Made by a program: the position numbers and the translations under genes
The notes under the pieces: generated by a model
The model's input: the letters and a program-made list of their open reading frames with translations, nothing else
What the model was told of the DNA's origin: nothing
Database searches by the model: none
DNA from: Catajapyx aquilonaris
Lineage: Eukaryota
Assembly: GCA_000934665.2 (NCBI GenBank)
Contig: KZ538273.1
Location: 1-64,000, forward strand
Direction: 5' to 3'
DNA length: 64,000 bases
Shown here: piece by piece, positions 11,981-25,094 of the stretch
How positions within the stretch are numbered: position 1 is the stretch's first letter
Layout of the letters: each line of letters starts with the position of its first letter

Positions 11981-12122
11981 TTAAACAACAATGGGATATT
12001 ATTTGAAAATTATTAAAATTGCTTAGAGCTCTAATGACACCATGTTACCTTGAAGTTCAGTAGATTTTTTTAGAGTTTAGACATTACGAAACACCCTGTG
12101 CATTTGGTGGTACGCAGATGTT

Positions 12123-12780
12123 TTGGAGCACAGCTGTCCAATTAAAACAGGGCGCAGGCTATACATGGGACCAGACTCTATAACACATTGGGACCGTAAC
12201 ATGTTTAGTTGGAGACCTGAATTTAGTGGCAGGGAGATGCAGTTGGAACACTCAGAAAATGTGGCTTTAAGATAAGCTACAAGATATCACACAAATAGTG
12301 TCAATTGACCGTTCGAAATATCAATAAGTCAGCACTTCGATCAACTGAAACCAAACTGGGTCAGTAATATTACCTTAATTATACTCATTTCGCTAAAAGC
12401 AGTGCCATTTTCCTATTGGTCCACTGTTTTCAAAATGTATTGTTGATCAGCTCTTGACGAATTTCCTTGGGGAAAATAATTAGCATCAAAATAACTCTGC
12501 ACTTCAATAATATTGCTAAAATTTTGCATAATTTTCCATCCAAGATGCCCACCCGGCCCACCCTATGTCCAATATATTCGACACACATCTTCCAGACAAA
12601 AGGTATGCCAAATCAGTAGATCTCATCATGAATTATGCAACCTCGATACATACCCAGTTCTTACAATCCCATTTGGCAAAAAGTTATTCGCGATCATGCA
12701 GATACGTAGCACACACCGTTAACTTTTTGTTGGGTGTCCCCAGCTATAGCCCACATTCATCAAGCCCTTATCTTTTTCGC
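12123..12780 (+). pseudogene. Possible degraded non-LTR retrotransposon (LINE) ORF2 fragment, region after the RT domain
   Basis: The frame from 12123 reads CPIKTGRRLYMG...FSWRP...QLEHSENVALR*ATRYH, and QDAHPAHP appears later at 12541. This resembles the LY...W.P...LE..QN.ALR.ATG...HP.H pattern I recall for I/Jockey-group LINEs. Contains stops; not verified by search. Confidence 0.45.
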
Positions 12781-13039
12781 AGTCAACACCAGCAATGCAT
12801 GCTCTCGAATGTATCCTCTCGATTATCTTGTTTTGCACCACGTTAACCCGTCCGATGCAATCGGGTTCCCATCCGTTATGATTGAATGTATCGCCGTTGC
12901 CATCGATTCCTGGGACAACCCCTTGGCTACAATAAAATACTCTAATTCATATGCGTCCAGCTAAAAACTGTCCAATCAATTATTCGGGACAGAATTGCAA
13001 ACATTGCAGGATCAGATTGCGGAATTTTTTGTTGGCCAA

Positions 13040-13830
13040 AATTTGAGTTTTAAAATTTAAGCAGCAATTAAACTAATATTGAAAACTACTATGGATATTG
13101 AAAACTATTTTGAACATTGAAAACTAATATTGAAAATACGTAACGTTGAAAAATAACATTGTAAGATAATAATTATTGTAAGATACGATTGAAAACTATT
13201 TAAACTAATATTAAAATTAATATGAAAACTATTTAAACTAATATTACAAACTAATATGAAAACTATTTAAACTAATATTACAAACTAATATGAAAACTAT
13301 TTGAACTAATATTACAAACTAATATGAAAACTATTTGAACTAATATTACAAACTAATATGAAAACTATTTAAACTAATATTACAAACTAATATGAAAATT
13401 ATTTAAACTAATATTTAACCACAATATGGAACACTAATATTTAAACTAATATTTAAACACAATATGGAACACTAATATTTAAACTAATATTTAAACACAA
13501 TATGGAACACTAATATTTAAAAATAATATGGAACACTAATATTTAAAAATAATATGGAACACTAATATTTAAAAATAATATTGAACACTAATATTTAAAA
13601 ATAATATTGAACACTAATATTTAAAAATAATATTGTAATACAATACAGTATCGGAAACTGCTTTTAAAACTCATGTTGAACCTAACATCGGTATGAAAAC
13701 TGCTTTTAAAACTCATGTTGAACCTAACACCGGTATGAAAACTAATATTGAACACTAACATTAAGCACTAATAATATTAATAATGAAAACTAATTAGTGA
13801 ACTAATATTGTGAACTAATATTGAAACTGA
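13040..13830. repeat. Compound AT-rich minisatellite (34-bp and 26-bp units plus a ~42-bp duplication)
   Basis: AAACTAATATTACAAACTAATATGAAAACTATTT about 5 times; AAAATAATATGGAACACTAATATTTA about 5 times; AAACTGCTTTTAAAACTCATGTTGAACCTAACA twice. Confidence 0.9.
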
Positions 13831-14311
13831 CATATCCCTTATCTCTAAAAGTAACTGGTAAAGAAGCAACGTAGTTCATAGCTGTGCTTCAGGTAGAATA
13901 CATGATTACATTTGGTTAATTCCTATACTAGCAGACAGATTATACTAATGTAAATCTAATTCCGTTGCGGTTGGCCCACTTTTATTCCAACTTGGGTCAA
14001 GTTACTCCCCAAAAAATTATGCCAATTTTTTTTTACCCCATCACAAAAAAAAAACCCCCAACAGATTTGGAGAAACCCCGTGGAGCAAAATACATGTAAA
14101 AGGGATCCTATTTGCCAGGGCACACATGGGCACCGATCCAAAATAAATTATGCACAAGTAGTTCCCTGCTCTATTTTTATCTAGTTATACCACCCTACCC
14201 CATCCCCTCTCCTAACCATTCAATAGTACTGAAGATAAGATAGGAAACGCAATACGTTTCATAACTCCTGGACTACTTCTACAACCAATCGATCGATGCG
14301 TACCCTTACAA

Positions 14312-14518
14312 CAGGGTGAGTCAGGCCCAAAATATCCCAGGAATGTTGACAAACCACAATGTAGTTAGTTGTAGGTGAAATCGGGTTTCAGTGTGTCTTA
14401 TGGCACAACCAGGTGGCCAGTGTGTCATATTGCACTTTCAGATGGCCATGTGTCTTAAGTCACTTTAACGTTTCTCATCCATGCATTTCATCCTGATCTT
14501 CAATTCTGACTCACCCTG
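14312..14518. mobile_element. CAGGGTG-family MITE with short TIRs
   Basis: CAGGGTGAGTCAG / CTGACTCACCCTG form a perfect inverted repeat, extended by flanking AA/TT rather than TA. Confidence 0.6.
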
Positions 14519-14689
14519 TTCATGTTCAATAGCAAAATCTTGCACTAAGATGACGGCACATGCATAAGCCAGCATTTCTGTAAATTAATGCCGGTCTCTG
14601 GAGGGTTAAAATGGAGACCCTCTTACGAAGATTGTCTTTTCCTCTCTCTCCTTCCTCCTCAGTCTGAACCCACAAGAATTCCTTCTTAG

Positions 14690-14950
14690 TTTCCAGCAGC
14701 TATAGCCCTCAGAGAAGTTCGCATCTCAACACGGGATTAGCGTTAAATGCCATAATTTCCGGCTCAGTTGGGCTTTTGCCGGCTTTGCTTCTTATCAACT
14801 GAGTCATCATCTCTTAGTTCCTGATGTGGGCCACAGTTCAGTCAAGTAGTTGGATGAGTTTTCGGTGTAATGCCTCTCGATCTGACTGCTATTTCTGCTA
14901 TTGAGGCTGGGATATGGGGTAGCCAATAGGTGATTTGGCTTAGAAGTCAA
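14690..14950 (-). pseudogene. Possible degraded RNase H-like retroelement fragment
   Basis: The minus strand reads PHQELRDDDSVDK, then EAKPA after a frameshift, loosely like H.G..GNE.AD..AK.A. Speculative. Confidence 0.2.
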
Positions 14951-15484
14951 TGAGGGTTGTGACATGATCAGGTTGAGACCATTAAATATTAATATTGTGC
15001 AGATATTGTGAGTGATACTATTACATGCGTAAGTTAGGTTAGGTTAAGTTATGCTCTTAAGCGTTATTTGAGCAGGTTAGGAGCTTAATCGTTATTTTTA
15101 GTCCATAAGTGACCATAAGTGTTATTTGAGCAGGTTAGGAGCGTTATTTTTAGTACCGTATACTTGGAACTTAATAGTCATTTGAGTAGGTTAGTCGCTT
15201 AAGCGTTATTTTCTAATTCGACTGTTGGAAAATAACGCTTAAGGACATGTGAAAAGTAGCTGCTACGTTATCCACATATTTGAGCCCGGAAAATGTGATT
15301 TGTAATATCAATATTACTTGTAACAATAATTGTTATAAATTACATTATGTGAGGCGCTATTGAAAAATAACGATTAGTAAAATTGCTGTATGAGTTGGAA
15401 AATATCGTAACTGGTATATGGTTATTTCGCAGTTCCGTAAGTGTTATATTCTGCTAGTCTAACAAGGAAAATAACAGTTAAGTA

Positions 15485-15638
15485 CTATGGGACTCAAATT
15501 GTTTTGGCTACTTTATCCTGGTCTTGAAGCAACCCTTCGCACATGCCCCACGGTGAGTAGGTGCGAGAGTAGGTGTGTGTGTGTGAAGGGTTGCTTCAAT
15601 ACCAGGATAAAGTAGCCAAAACAATTTGACCCCCACAG
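15485..15638. mobile_element. Fold-back MITE with TA TSD
   Basis: About 58-bp inverted arms TCAAATTGTTTTGGCTACTTTATCCTGGT.TTGAAGCAACCCTTC / GAAGGGTTGCTTCAA.ACCAGGATAAAGTAGCCAAAACAATTTGA; TA at 15483-15484 and 15639-15640. Confidence 0.85.
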
Positions 15639-17460
15639 TACCTACCATAACCTGACTTCGACTCATGTAATATAATGCATTGATATTAATTTAACAGCTA
15701 TGGTTTTTTCAAAATGGCTGCTACTTTACACAACTATTTGAGCAACTATGAATAGTTAGCAGCTACTCTTGAATCATATCTTTTAATATATCTGTTCTTC
15801 AAAGTTCGGTTTTAACAGGTTAGGTAAAAGCTATTTGTCAATATCAGTTTTAAAGATGCTATTTTGCTATCGCCGCTAATACAAACCCGTCTTTCATCTT
15901 CCATGCTCTATCAATAGACTCTATAGCGCATACTAACCCTAGATCCGAATCCGTTAGCCAATCAAACCCGTTTTAGACTTCCTGGTTAGTCAACCCCGCA
16001 CTGCATTTTTAACCAATCAAATCCATCGATTGATTCGTAACCTGTCACTTGCACTAGATTGATCTCGCATGTTCAGAACTCCCGATACTATCTCCCAGCA
16101 GGGTCCCCCCCCTAAACCCGTACCGGTATATTTTTAAAAAACCACAACCGGTTTTATAAAAATAAAACAATCAACATCCGGATGTTAGGCACCCGGAACA
16201 CGTGTCAACCCCGCTTCCAGGGACGCCACCACAGGAGGGCAGCACCTGACATCTCTTGAGTTTCGAAAAAAAATGATTGTTTCGATTGTACTACTGGATA
16301 TGGTTGTCCCCCGTAGTTAGATGGCAATCCGGATAAAGTTGGCAGCAGGAAAAGAGGGGGAGAGCTACTGTATATTGTTACTCTGCGTTCCGGGGGCCAT
16401 TACAAGTTTACTTTTTGTTCTGGAAGTGCCGGTCCGGGGAACTGATTGGCGGGTGTTGGAAATACTGGCGAAAGTGTTACGAGGTCGATACTATAGTCAG
16501 GGCTAACCGAGATATTCATCAAATATTTTTTTAAACATTGTTGCCAAATTTTACGTGATTCGAGTAGACTTTTTAAAGTAGGAAGTAAGGAATGAGGCTG
16601 ACAACGTTACCAACGAATCCAAGGACGATATAGTGAACACGAAAAACCGGAAGTTGACTATAAAACCTATTATGGTGACGCAGAATCCGAATCCGAAAAC
16701 AGTTAGTTGATATCTATTGCGGTTGAGGCTCTGATACCTGTCCACAGACATACAGACGGACTTTATACGACCAGAAAAATGATTTTGATGAAAATTTTTA
16801 GAACTAACAATACAATATCTGGGTTAGGGCAATGGCAAACATCAATAATTGTTGCATAATCCCAACAAATTTTCAGTATGTGCAACACGTGTGTACATTC
16901 CAATCCAGCCAATCCTGGTTGCCTCCAGGTCATAGCCCGGAGGATACCTGACTCAAACACACCCAGCACTTAATAATAAAACCCATTTCCAACCGGTCTC
17001 TGTATATGTGGATGGGGGGGGGGGAGGGGGGAGGTAAAGCGGTGCAACATCATATCACGTGTGCTGGACACACATGCCAGTGTTTTTACAGGAACACGCA
17101 CTCGCCGTTAACATTGCGAGGCTTGTATTTTCCAGGCTCGGTTTTTCCATGGGAACAGCTGCTGGTCTGGGTTTCAAACCTGGAACAGGCTCCGGGATAG
17201 TGACAAGGTTTTTGGGACAAACTGATGGTATTGTAATATGAACATTGTTGAATTTCGCACACCCTGTACAACACTCTTTTCATTGCAGCCATTAAATAAT
17301 TCACATCCACTGTACATTACTGTAATAAAAAATGCTCTTACTTTTCACGATGGCCATGCAGTTACTAGTTATGAACCCGGTTGTAACTACTGTACAGCAT
17401 TTCATTAAGCGTACAGTATTACAGTAGATAATTAGATTAACTCAGCATGTACTTGATAAA

Positions 17461-18070
17461 CAGGGCTAGAACCTTGCAAGAGTGCTAATTTTTGTCCGTA
17501 AATATTTGTCAAGAAAGTTCTATTTTACAAAATTTTATTATTATTATTTTTAAATTTGAAATTTTGCTAAAATTAATGTTAGTCAAATTTCTATTTTTAC
17601 TACGTACATATCCATTTTTAGAATTCCTACTATTTCTGTATACAGTACAATTTTCTAAATAATTATCTTTTTTCAAAATATTTTTCTTCTTTTCCAAATT
17701 ATGTATTTTTTCAAAATTCCAAAATTCTTCCAAATTTGATGAATTTCCTCTTTTACCAAAATTTCCCATTTTTCTAAATTTCCTCTCTCCCTCTCTCACT
17801 CTCTCGACCCCTCCCTCCCTCTCAAATGTTCAATTTTTCAAAATGTCATATTTTGAAAATTTCCAATTTTGATAAAAGTTCTATTTTACGGAAATTGTTT
17901 TTTTTTTTGGTAAAGTTTCAAATTTACAATTTTTCTAGCATTTCTATTTTTGCTAAAATGTTATATTCTATTTTCCACAGTAAATATTTCTTTCCCTAAA
18001 ATATATATTTGCCAAATTTTTATATTGTCTAAGTGTACAATTTAATAAATTTTCAATTTTTCCAAAAATT
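17461..18070. repeat. T-rich inverted copy of the 11410-11980 family
   Basis: Shared conserved ~30-bp end and complementary AATTTT-rich body; a third end fragment TTGCTAGAGTGCTGATT at about 36593. Confidence 0.65.
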
Positions 18071-18809
18071 TCTGATTTGGAGACACTGTTGCTGGCTGGC
18101 TACAACAGTGTCTCCAACGTCGATAAGGGCGTAACCCAAAAGCGTCTAATGATCTTACGCAGTAAGTGAAAAATGGCACTGGCCGTAAATCATCGTCAAC
18201 GTCTGTGTAAACCTCCGTCACACTAGTTTTGCAACCACGCAAAGGAAGTCGTTACGCCAGAGGAACCTTTAATTAGCTTTTCGGTACCTCGTTTGGTTAA
18301 CTTGCAAACAAACCAAACTAAAAAAAACAAATGCCCAATGTGCGTGATGTCAGATTAAAACCCTAGTTCTACGCCCTGCCAGGTATTTAACTGCCAGCTA
18401 ATTGTTAACCGGACGGACACAAGTGGTCATATGTTCATTATGCGTCCCGTAGCTAACGACTATGGAAGTAATTAATTGCACGGTATTGTTGGGGGGGACC
18501 CGACGACTATTGGGTGGGAGCAATAGAAAGCTCGTCTGCTCCGATTGGCGATTGCGAGTTATGGCGATTGCCGTTGTGTACTTGGCCAGCGATTAATTAG
18601 CGGGAAGGTCGTCAAACTGCAACAATACGACCGATTCGCAACAATTAGGTCTTGAACGGTCTTCATGGCCATAACTCGCTCGTGGACGTACAAGGTGATC
18701 CGAAAAAAAATGTTGGCACTAAGGCGCTTATTTTAGCAGCTATTTATGCAACTAAGGTAGCTAATATTAGCTACTGGTAGTAGTTACATTCATGGCGATC
18801 AACATGAAA

Positions 18810-19370
18810 AATTTTTGGCTATCGATATTTTTGGGAATCAATATTTTAGGAATAGATGTCTCTTGGATATCGATATATTTTAGGACTAGATATCGCTTGG
18901 ATATCTATATAATATTCTATATATCGGTTCATTTCATTATCGATATATTTAGCGACAAATTTTGAGAATCGATGTATTTTTGTTATCGATATATTTTAGG
19001 CATGGATTTTGATTGTCGATAAATTGTTTTTGTTGGCGATAAATTTAGTGAATCGATATAAATATCTTATCGATATGTGTTTTAGCGACATATTTTGTGA
19101 ATCGATATATTTTCGTTAGGGATATATTTTGGGAATCGATATATTTTCGTTAGCGATATATTTTGGGAATCGATATATTTTCGTTAGCGATATATTTTGG
19201 GAATCGGTATATTTTCGTTAGCGATATATTTTGTGAATCGGTATATTTTCGTTCGGGATATAGTTTGTGAATAGTGTGTATATTTTGATATTGCTATATT
19301 TTTGTTATCGATATAATTTTTTTTTTAAAATCGATATTACTTTTACACTGTGAAATTGACATATCAATAC
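18810..19370. repeat. ATCGAT-rich block with a 34-bp array TTTTGGGAATCGATATATTTTCGTTAGCGATATA
   Basis: About 6 tandem copies at 19070-19270 within a CGATA-rich block. Confidence 0.85.
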
Positions 19371-20219
19371 TAAAACCAACATTCTGACTATCTCCAGCCA
19401 ATCACATAGCCTCAACATCCACCCATTCTTATCGTTCCTCAATACGTCACAACCAGCCTTGTTTACCACTCTCAAGCATGACATACTTATATCCCTCTAG
19501 AGTTAGATTCAATTGAAATGAAAAAAATTGTCTCTTTTGAGTGACATGCATGGTTCCCATTGCATTGTGCTAATGCTGGTAGCTCCTACCATCAGCGACA
19601 TCTACTTGACAAATGTGGACTTCGATTTCCGTTTTTCAGAGGCCCGGTTTTTTTTTATCCTCTCTGCTAAAGCTCACCTCGCGACCTGGCTGCGTATTAA
19701 TGCTCACCAATGCATCTTGGGCAGACAAGCATTTTCCTAGCAAAGTGGGCGCTTCTTGTGACTGGTTTTTAGGTTGAAAGAGTGAGGCTATATTTTTATA
19801 GGACTTTATAGGACCGAGAGGATATCGGGGCTAGTGCAATGCATCCGAGTGGAAGGAACGGACTTTGTTGGCTTGTCTGGTATCTGCTCGTGGAAAAAGG
19901 GTTTTTTCTAGAAGCGAGAGAGAAAAAAAAATGGCTGACTTGCTTCCTCTTTTAATTTGCACGCTTCAGAGAGATGTCAGCAAGGGTAAACAAGTTTTCG
20001 AAAAAAAAAATTAGCGAGTTGAAAAAAGCATTGGCGAGTCAACATATTTTTGTAGAAAAATATGGGTTGGCGATTTTGAGCGGTATAGGGTTACTAGAGT
20101 GGTTGGTAGGGAGTATAACGGGGCGCGTTCGAAATATTCGTCATGTGTAGAGGATGACGAATTGCGGAAAATTTAAATGGGGTGTCATGTATGTGAATCT
20201 ATCTGTGTTTTCCTTAAAT

Positions 20220-21060
20220 AAATAAATTTTGTAGACTTATTGCAGTTTGAAAAAATTGAACACGAAAATTAGCAAAATTGCATGAATTTTCAAATGGCAC
20301 ATATTGCAAAATTAAAACACTGAACATGCCAAATACTGGAAAGTACGAGAATATGTTAAAGTGGACTATTTCTCAAAATTTTCAAAATTGAATTTGGTAA
20401 ACTTATCGCAGTTTGAATATATTGAACGTTAAATTGGCAAAATGAAAAATTCGTGAATTTTATAATAGCAAAAATTGCAATATTAGAGCAACTGCAAAGC
20501 GCAAAACTGGAAAGTAGGAGAATCTGCTAAATTTTATAATTGCAAAATTTCAACAAATTTGGAAAATATATCAAAAAAACATTAATTGTGCAAAAATGCA
20601 AAATTTTAACTGTCAAAAATGTGGAAATTTGAGAAACATATTAATTTCGCATTATTTTATAAACCGAGAAATTAAACATTTACACAATTTGAAAATTGAA
20701 CATGTTGTAAATTGAACGATTTGAAAATAATGCATATTGTAGACCTATCGCGGTTATGGACACTAAAATTAGCAAACTGGAAATTTTGTGATTTATCAAA
20801 TGGCAAAAATTTCATCATTAAAACACTGAAAATGGCAAAACTGGAAATTAGAAGAATCTGCTAAATTTGAGAATCATTGCAAAATTTTAACATACCATAT
20901 TTGGCAAATAATTTTTAAAACGTTAAATTTACAAAACTGCAAAATTTGAACTGTGCAAAATTATGAAAATAAAAAATAAAATGTACGCAGATATTTAACG
21001 TGTGCAAAATTGGAAAATTATACATATTGTAAATCCAAATTTTTATAGGCTACATACACT
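20220..21060. repeat. Degenerate A-rich tandem repeat, ~165-170 bp scale
   Basis: A GTA(G/A)AC(T/C)TAT(T/C)GC(A/G)GTT motif recurs at about 20231, 20397 and 20739. Confidence 0.7.
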
Positions 21061-21625
21061 TATGCGAATTTATTCGAGTTTTTAAAAACAATTCTGCATG
21101 TGTACTTATAGTAGTTATGAGAGAAAAAAAGTGAATGTTCATGTACACTTATCTGCATTTAAAACTGCAGATCATGAGCGTCTATCACACGACATTACAC
21201 CAAGCTCCCAGGCCACAAGGGTCGAACCCTCCAACAATTAAAACGCTACAAAATGTACCCCACGTTTCCCTCCCATACCAGCAATACCCATTTATCAACA
21301 AGAAAGCTACAATTACACGCAATACTTAGCCCCCCCCCCCAACAATTCGAAGCCAGCAAACAATGCAGCCACAACCCCCTCACTTTTATATTGTTGCAAA
21401 CTACTCCAGCATCCAGTGAGAAAACGCATATTATCGCGCAATGCAAGTAATTAAGCCGGTACTCAAAATCGGTATTTTTACTGCCCGAAAATTCCGGCTA
21501 CATAAAACGAGTTTTAAAAGTCAGCAATTAGATAAAAAGCATGGTTGTAGCGGTTACACTACAAGTGCAAATAGTGTGTACTTATCCAGGAATTTTTAGC
21601 CGAATTCCTTCCGGATTATGGTCCA

Positions 21626-21680
21626 ACTCACCTGTAAATAGAGAGAAAAATAGAGTCAACAACAATGAAATTAACAGTCG
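21626..21680 (-). promoter_or_regulatory. Strong 3' splice acceptor immediately followed by a 5' donor (candidate recursive splice site)
   Basis: Minus strand reads TTAATTTCATTGTTGTTGACTCTATTTTTCTCTCTATTTACAG|GTGAGT; junction between 21632 and 21631. Confidence 0.5.
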
Positions 21681-22264
21681 GGTTCTAGCTCTATGATTCA
21701 GTCGGAATGTCGGTAATGAGTAGGTGTCGCATTGACGACAAAAAAAAATGTGGATGGCGTGTGACGAACCAATTAGGACTGGTTTTCACGCAAAGTCGGA
21801 CCGGAAACAGTGGGGAAATATAACCTGGGTACAAAGAGTTGTTTTGTACCCAAGGGTTGTTCGTGCTTAGATGGAGTTGGTAACGTGCCATTATGCATTT
21901 GTATCGCGAGGGAAAGATAGCGGGCACACACGATGTAAACACACACACTAGAGTCAACAGAAGACTAATGGCGACATTAAACCGTCGGAGAAGGTCAAAC
22001 ATGAGCGGGGATATACATGTAAAACAACACGACAACGAAGGCTGTATGACGGATGAGATGGGCGGAGCGTAGTACAATACTTGGGGCATAGATGACGCTA
22101 ATGCATGCTACAGTCACTCTTAGGGTCATGCCAGTGGTAGTGCTGCACCTGGCTGAGCTAGACATCCTTATCCTACCCTTTACTATCTTATTAACATTAA
22201 CCTAACCCATCCTATCCTCTTAAGTTACATTATCCTACCCCATGGTCTTAGAATACTAAGGTCT

Positions 22265-22732
22265 GGACACTCCCACTTATTGCCTGCCGTTTTGCATGAT
22301 GTGCTAACGTGAGAGCGCCATGAGACCCTTCACGGAGCTATTATGTGGCGACCCTACCGGACTTGGCTGAACTTTATAGGTACAAAAGGGAAGTGCCACA
22401 TGCGGGCCCAACATGGCCGTCGGCGACCATGTTGGGTCCCCCAATGTAGACCTTCCCTTTTGTACCTAAAAAGTTCAGCGTAGTCCGATAGGGTCGCCAC
22501 ATAATACAGCAGAGAATGGTCTCATGGCGCTCTCAGGTGAACACCTCATGCAAAACGCCCCGACAGGCGATAAGATAAGATTGCAACGGAAATGTCCGGG
22601 GGCTGTCCTAGCCTATCCTACCTTCTCCGAGAAGATATGATAGGACAGCCCCCGGACACTTCCCCTACAAAATTATCTTATCGCCTGCCGGGGCGTTTTG
22701 CATGAGGTGCTCACCTGAGAGCGCCATGAGAC
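22265..22732. mobile_element. Composite fold-back element with two overlapping palindromes
   Basis: Hairpin 1 is centred at about 22421. Hairpin 2 has arms 22519-22610 and 22641-22732. Flanked by CCTA/TAGG-rich sequence. Confidence 0.8.
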
Positions 22733-23970
22733 TTTTAAGGTAGGAGAGGGTAGGAGACCTTATCCTACCCCATCTTACCTTATCTTAAGATACCTTATCC
22801 TAACCCAACTCCCTAGATGGGTTAGGATAAGACGATGGGTTAGGATCCTAACTCAGGCTAACCTACCATAACACAGCCTAACCTAACATAGGCACATGCT
22901 GGAGCCAGTTTTATGATTCCCAAGTCCTAATTCCGTCTACCCAAACAACAAGCACACCGGAAACAACGCTTCATCCGGCTGTCACCATACGAAAACACAT
23001 TGTCCAAAAGTCTGATGGCAAAGCATTTCGCTGAGCCAACCCCCTAACTTGATGAATGGCTCGAGTCCAAAGATGGCGACAGAAATAAAACCTGGGTATA
23101 TATCCCCACACACTTCATTTACAAAGTACAAAGACACTTGGCGCAGGGAACATTTTCCGGCCGGATTCGCCTCCCCGGATAAGACACGCTAGATGGCAGC
23201 ACTCGTAATGTCCTCGTGTTTGGTTACGACTTGGAATAACAGAGATAAGACTGCTTTTTCGAGACGATTTGTGAGGAGTAGTAGTTAGAACCGGGTTTAA
23301 TTAGAGTGGAGGTGGGTGCCTGAAGGTTAAAAGAGCTTTCTTTGTGTGACTGGACCGACACAAATGATGAGGACTGGTGGCGCTTAATGAGGCCAACTCA
23401 TGCAAATAAGACAATCTTAACTTACAACTAGTCTTATTTTGCCATAAAAACAGGTGCTAAAACAGGTCTTAGACAATGAGAGGAAGGAACTGAGATAAGT
23501 AAAGATTATGAGTTATAAATAACTGTTACTCTGAAATAACTGCTAGTTGTTTGTAGCAGTGCTTAACTCTAATCCACGGATTAAAGTTAATCTGATGTTT
23601 TGTGGGACTATCATAGTGTCGAGGCAACAATCACAAGTCACCTCAAGCACCATTTCATTTGACAAGTGAAGCGAATAAGAGGTTATTTACAAGCGAAGTC
23701 TGTCAGGGTGTTGGCTTCAATTAGCATAGAAGCACATACACCTCTACCTTGGAAGCCCCACTCTAAACACACGGGGAGTAATGTTTGGGCTGGCATTCAA
23801 ATGCAAATATTACGCATACAGGGGCCTACTCCACGGCCATTACTTGAACCTAATTATGCAATTGCACTGATTACAGTCTAGTGGGTACTCCATTGTACAG
23901 AGTAATAGCGCCGCTAATACTCGATAATAATTAAAGTGGCGCAATCGCTCTCCTTCCTTTTTGCAGGGTA

Positions 23971-24609
23971 CAGGGTGCTCCAACAAGCGGTTATGTGCAG
24001 GTAGCAGTTGTCTGGAAATATGCGGTACGTGACCATTTAGTTATCTGGCATTAGGTACGTGAAAAGTAACTGTAATGTGACAGGGAAAGGCTATGTATCA
24101 GTAGAATTAGTAACAAGTAAGTTATGTAACCAATAAGGTTTTAGTACACAATAACAGTTATCTGACAGGTAGCAGTTATGTGACAAGTAGCAGTTACTTG
24201 GCAACTAGCAGCTCTTTCACGGGTATTCCTGTGACAATAATTTCAGCTTATTTGGCAGTTCTTTCTCAGCTGTTGTTTTGTCAAGAGCAGCTCCTGCAGG
24301 TAGCAGTTACGTGACAAGTAGCAGTTATGTGACCGATAAAAGCTGTAATATCAGTAACAGCTATGTAGCCAGTAACAGTTTAGTAAGTTATGACAGGCAG
24401 CAGTTATGTGGCAAGTAGCAGTTCCTTGGCAACTAGCAGCTCTTTGACCAGTATTCATATGACAATAACAGCTTGTTGGCAGTTCTTTCTCAGCTGTTCT
24501 TTGACCAATAGCAGTTACTGCAATACCCGGATTTTCAGGCAAAGTAAGGGCTACAGATTTCGTCACCTGTGACCGTAATGGTCAAATGGTGCAAGTTTGA
24601 ATCACCCTG
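23971..24609. mobile_element. CAGGGTG-family MITE filled with AGCAGTTA repeats
   Basis: TA-CAGGGTGCTCCAAC ... GTTTGAATCACCCTG-TA; internal ~229-bp duplication (24163 vs 24392). Confidence 0.6.
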
Positions 24610-25094
24610 TAGCCAGAACTGCAGCGCAGAAAATCTGGGGCGAGAAAATTAATTCAAAACGTAAACAGTGTTCATTCAAACCGTTATTAGATTCCGGGCT
24701 GCTCCCAAAAACCCAACGGCTAAAATCAATCCGCCCCGGAGATTTATTCGCAGGGTGGGGAAACGTGCGGGTCTATCGATAGACCAAAGTCATGGGTAAG
24801 CTACCAAAAATCCTCTATCCTCCCAAAATGGCCCCGCAATTTTTTTTTTTGAAACGTTGGTTGGGGGGTAGTGTGACGGGTGCGAAATATCAGAGAGCGA
24901 GTAATTTATCAAGCGAGAGGCACTTGCCCGCCATTAATATTCATGCGTGATTATTATAAATTTATGGACACTAAATCTGCTTGGTGTTACGGGACAAAAG
25001 GGGAGCAGACTCTACCAGCAGACCCAGCCCAACAATGATGGACGAGACCAAGTTTCCCACAGATTTAGAGCCTACCACTCCAAGTCGCAGGCGT

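Noticed and set aside
15935..15955. AACCCTAGATCCGAAT, resembling miR-10/miR-100
   Set aside because: The seed has a deletion, the 3' half diverges, and no precursor hairpin is evident. The same applies to partial let-7 (about 29922), miR-263 (about 18172) and miR-276 (about 36652) matches.
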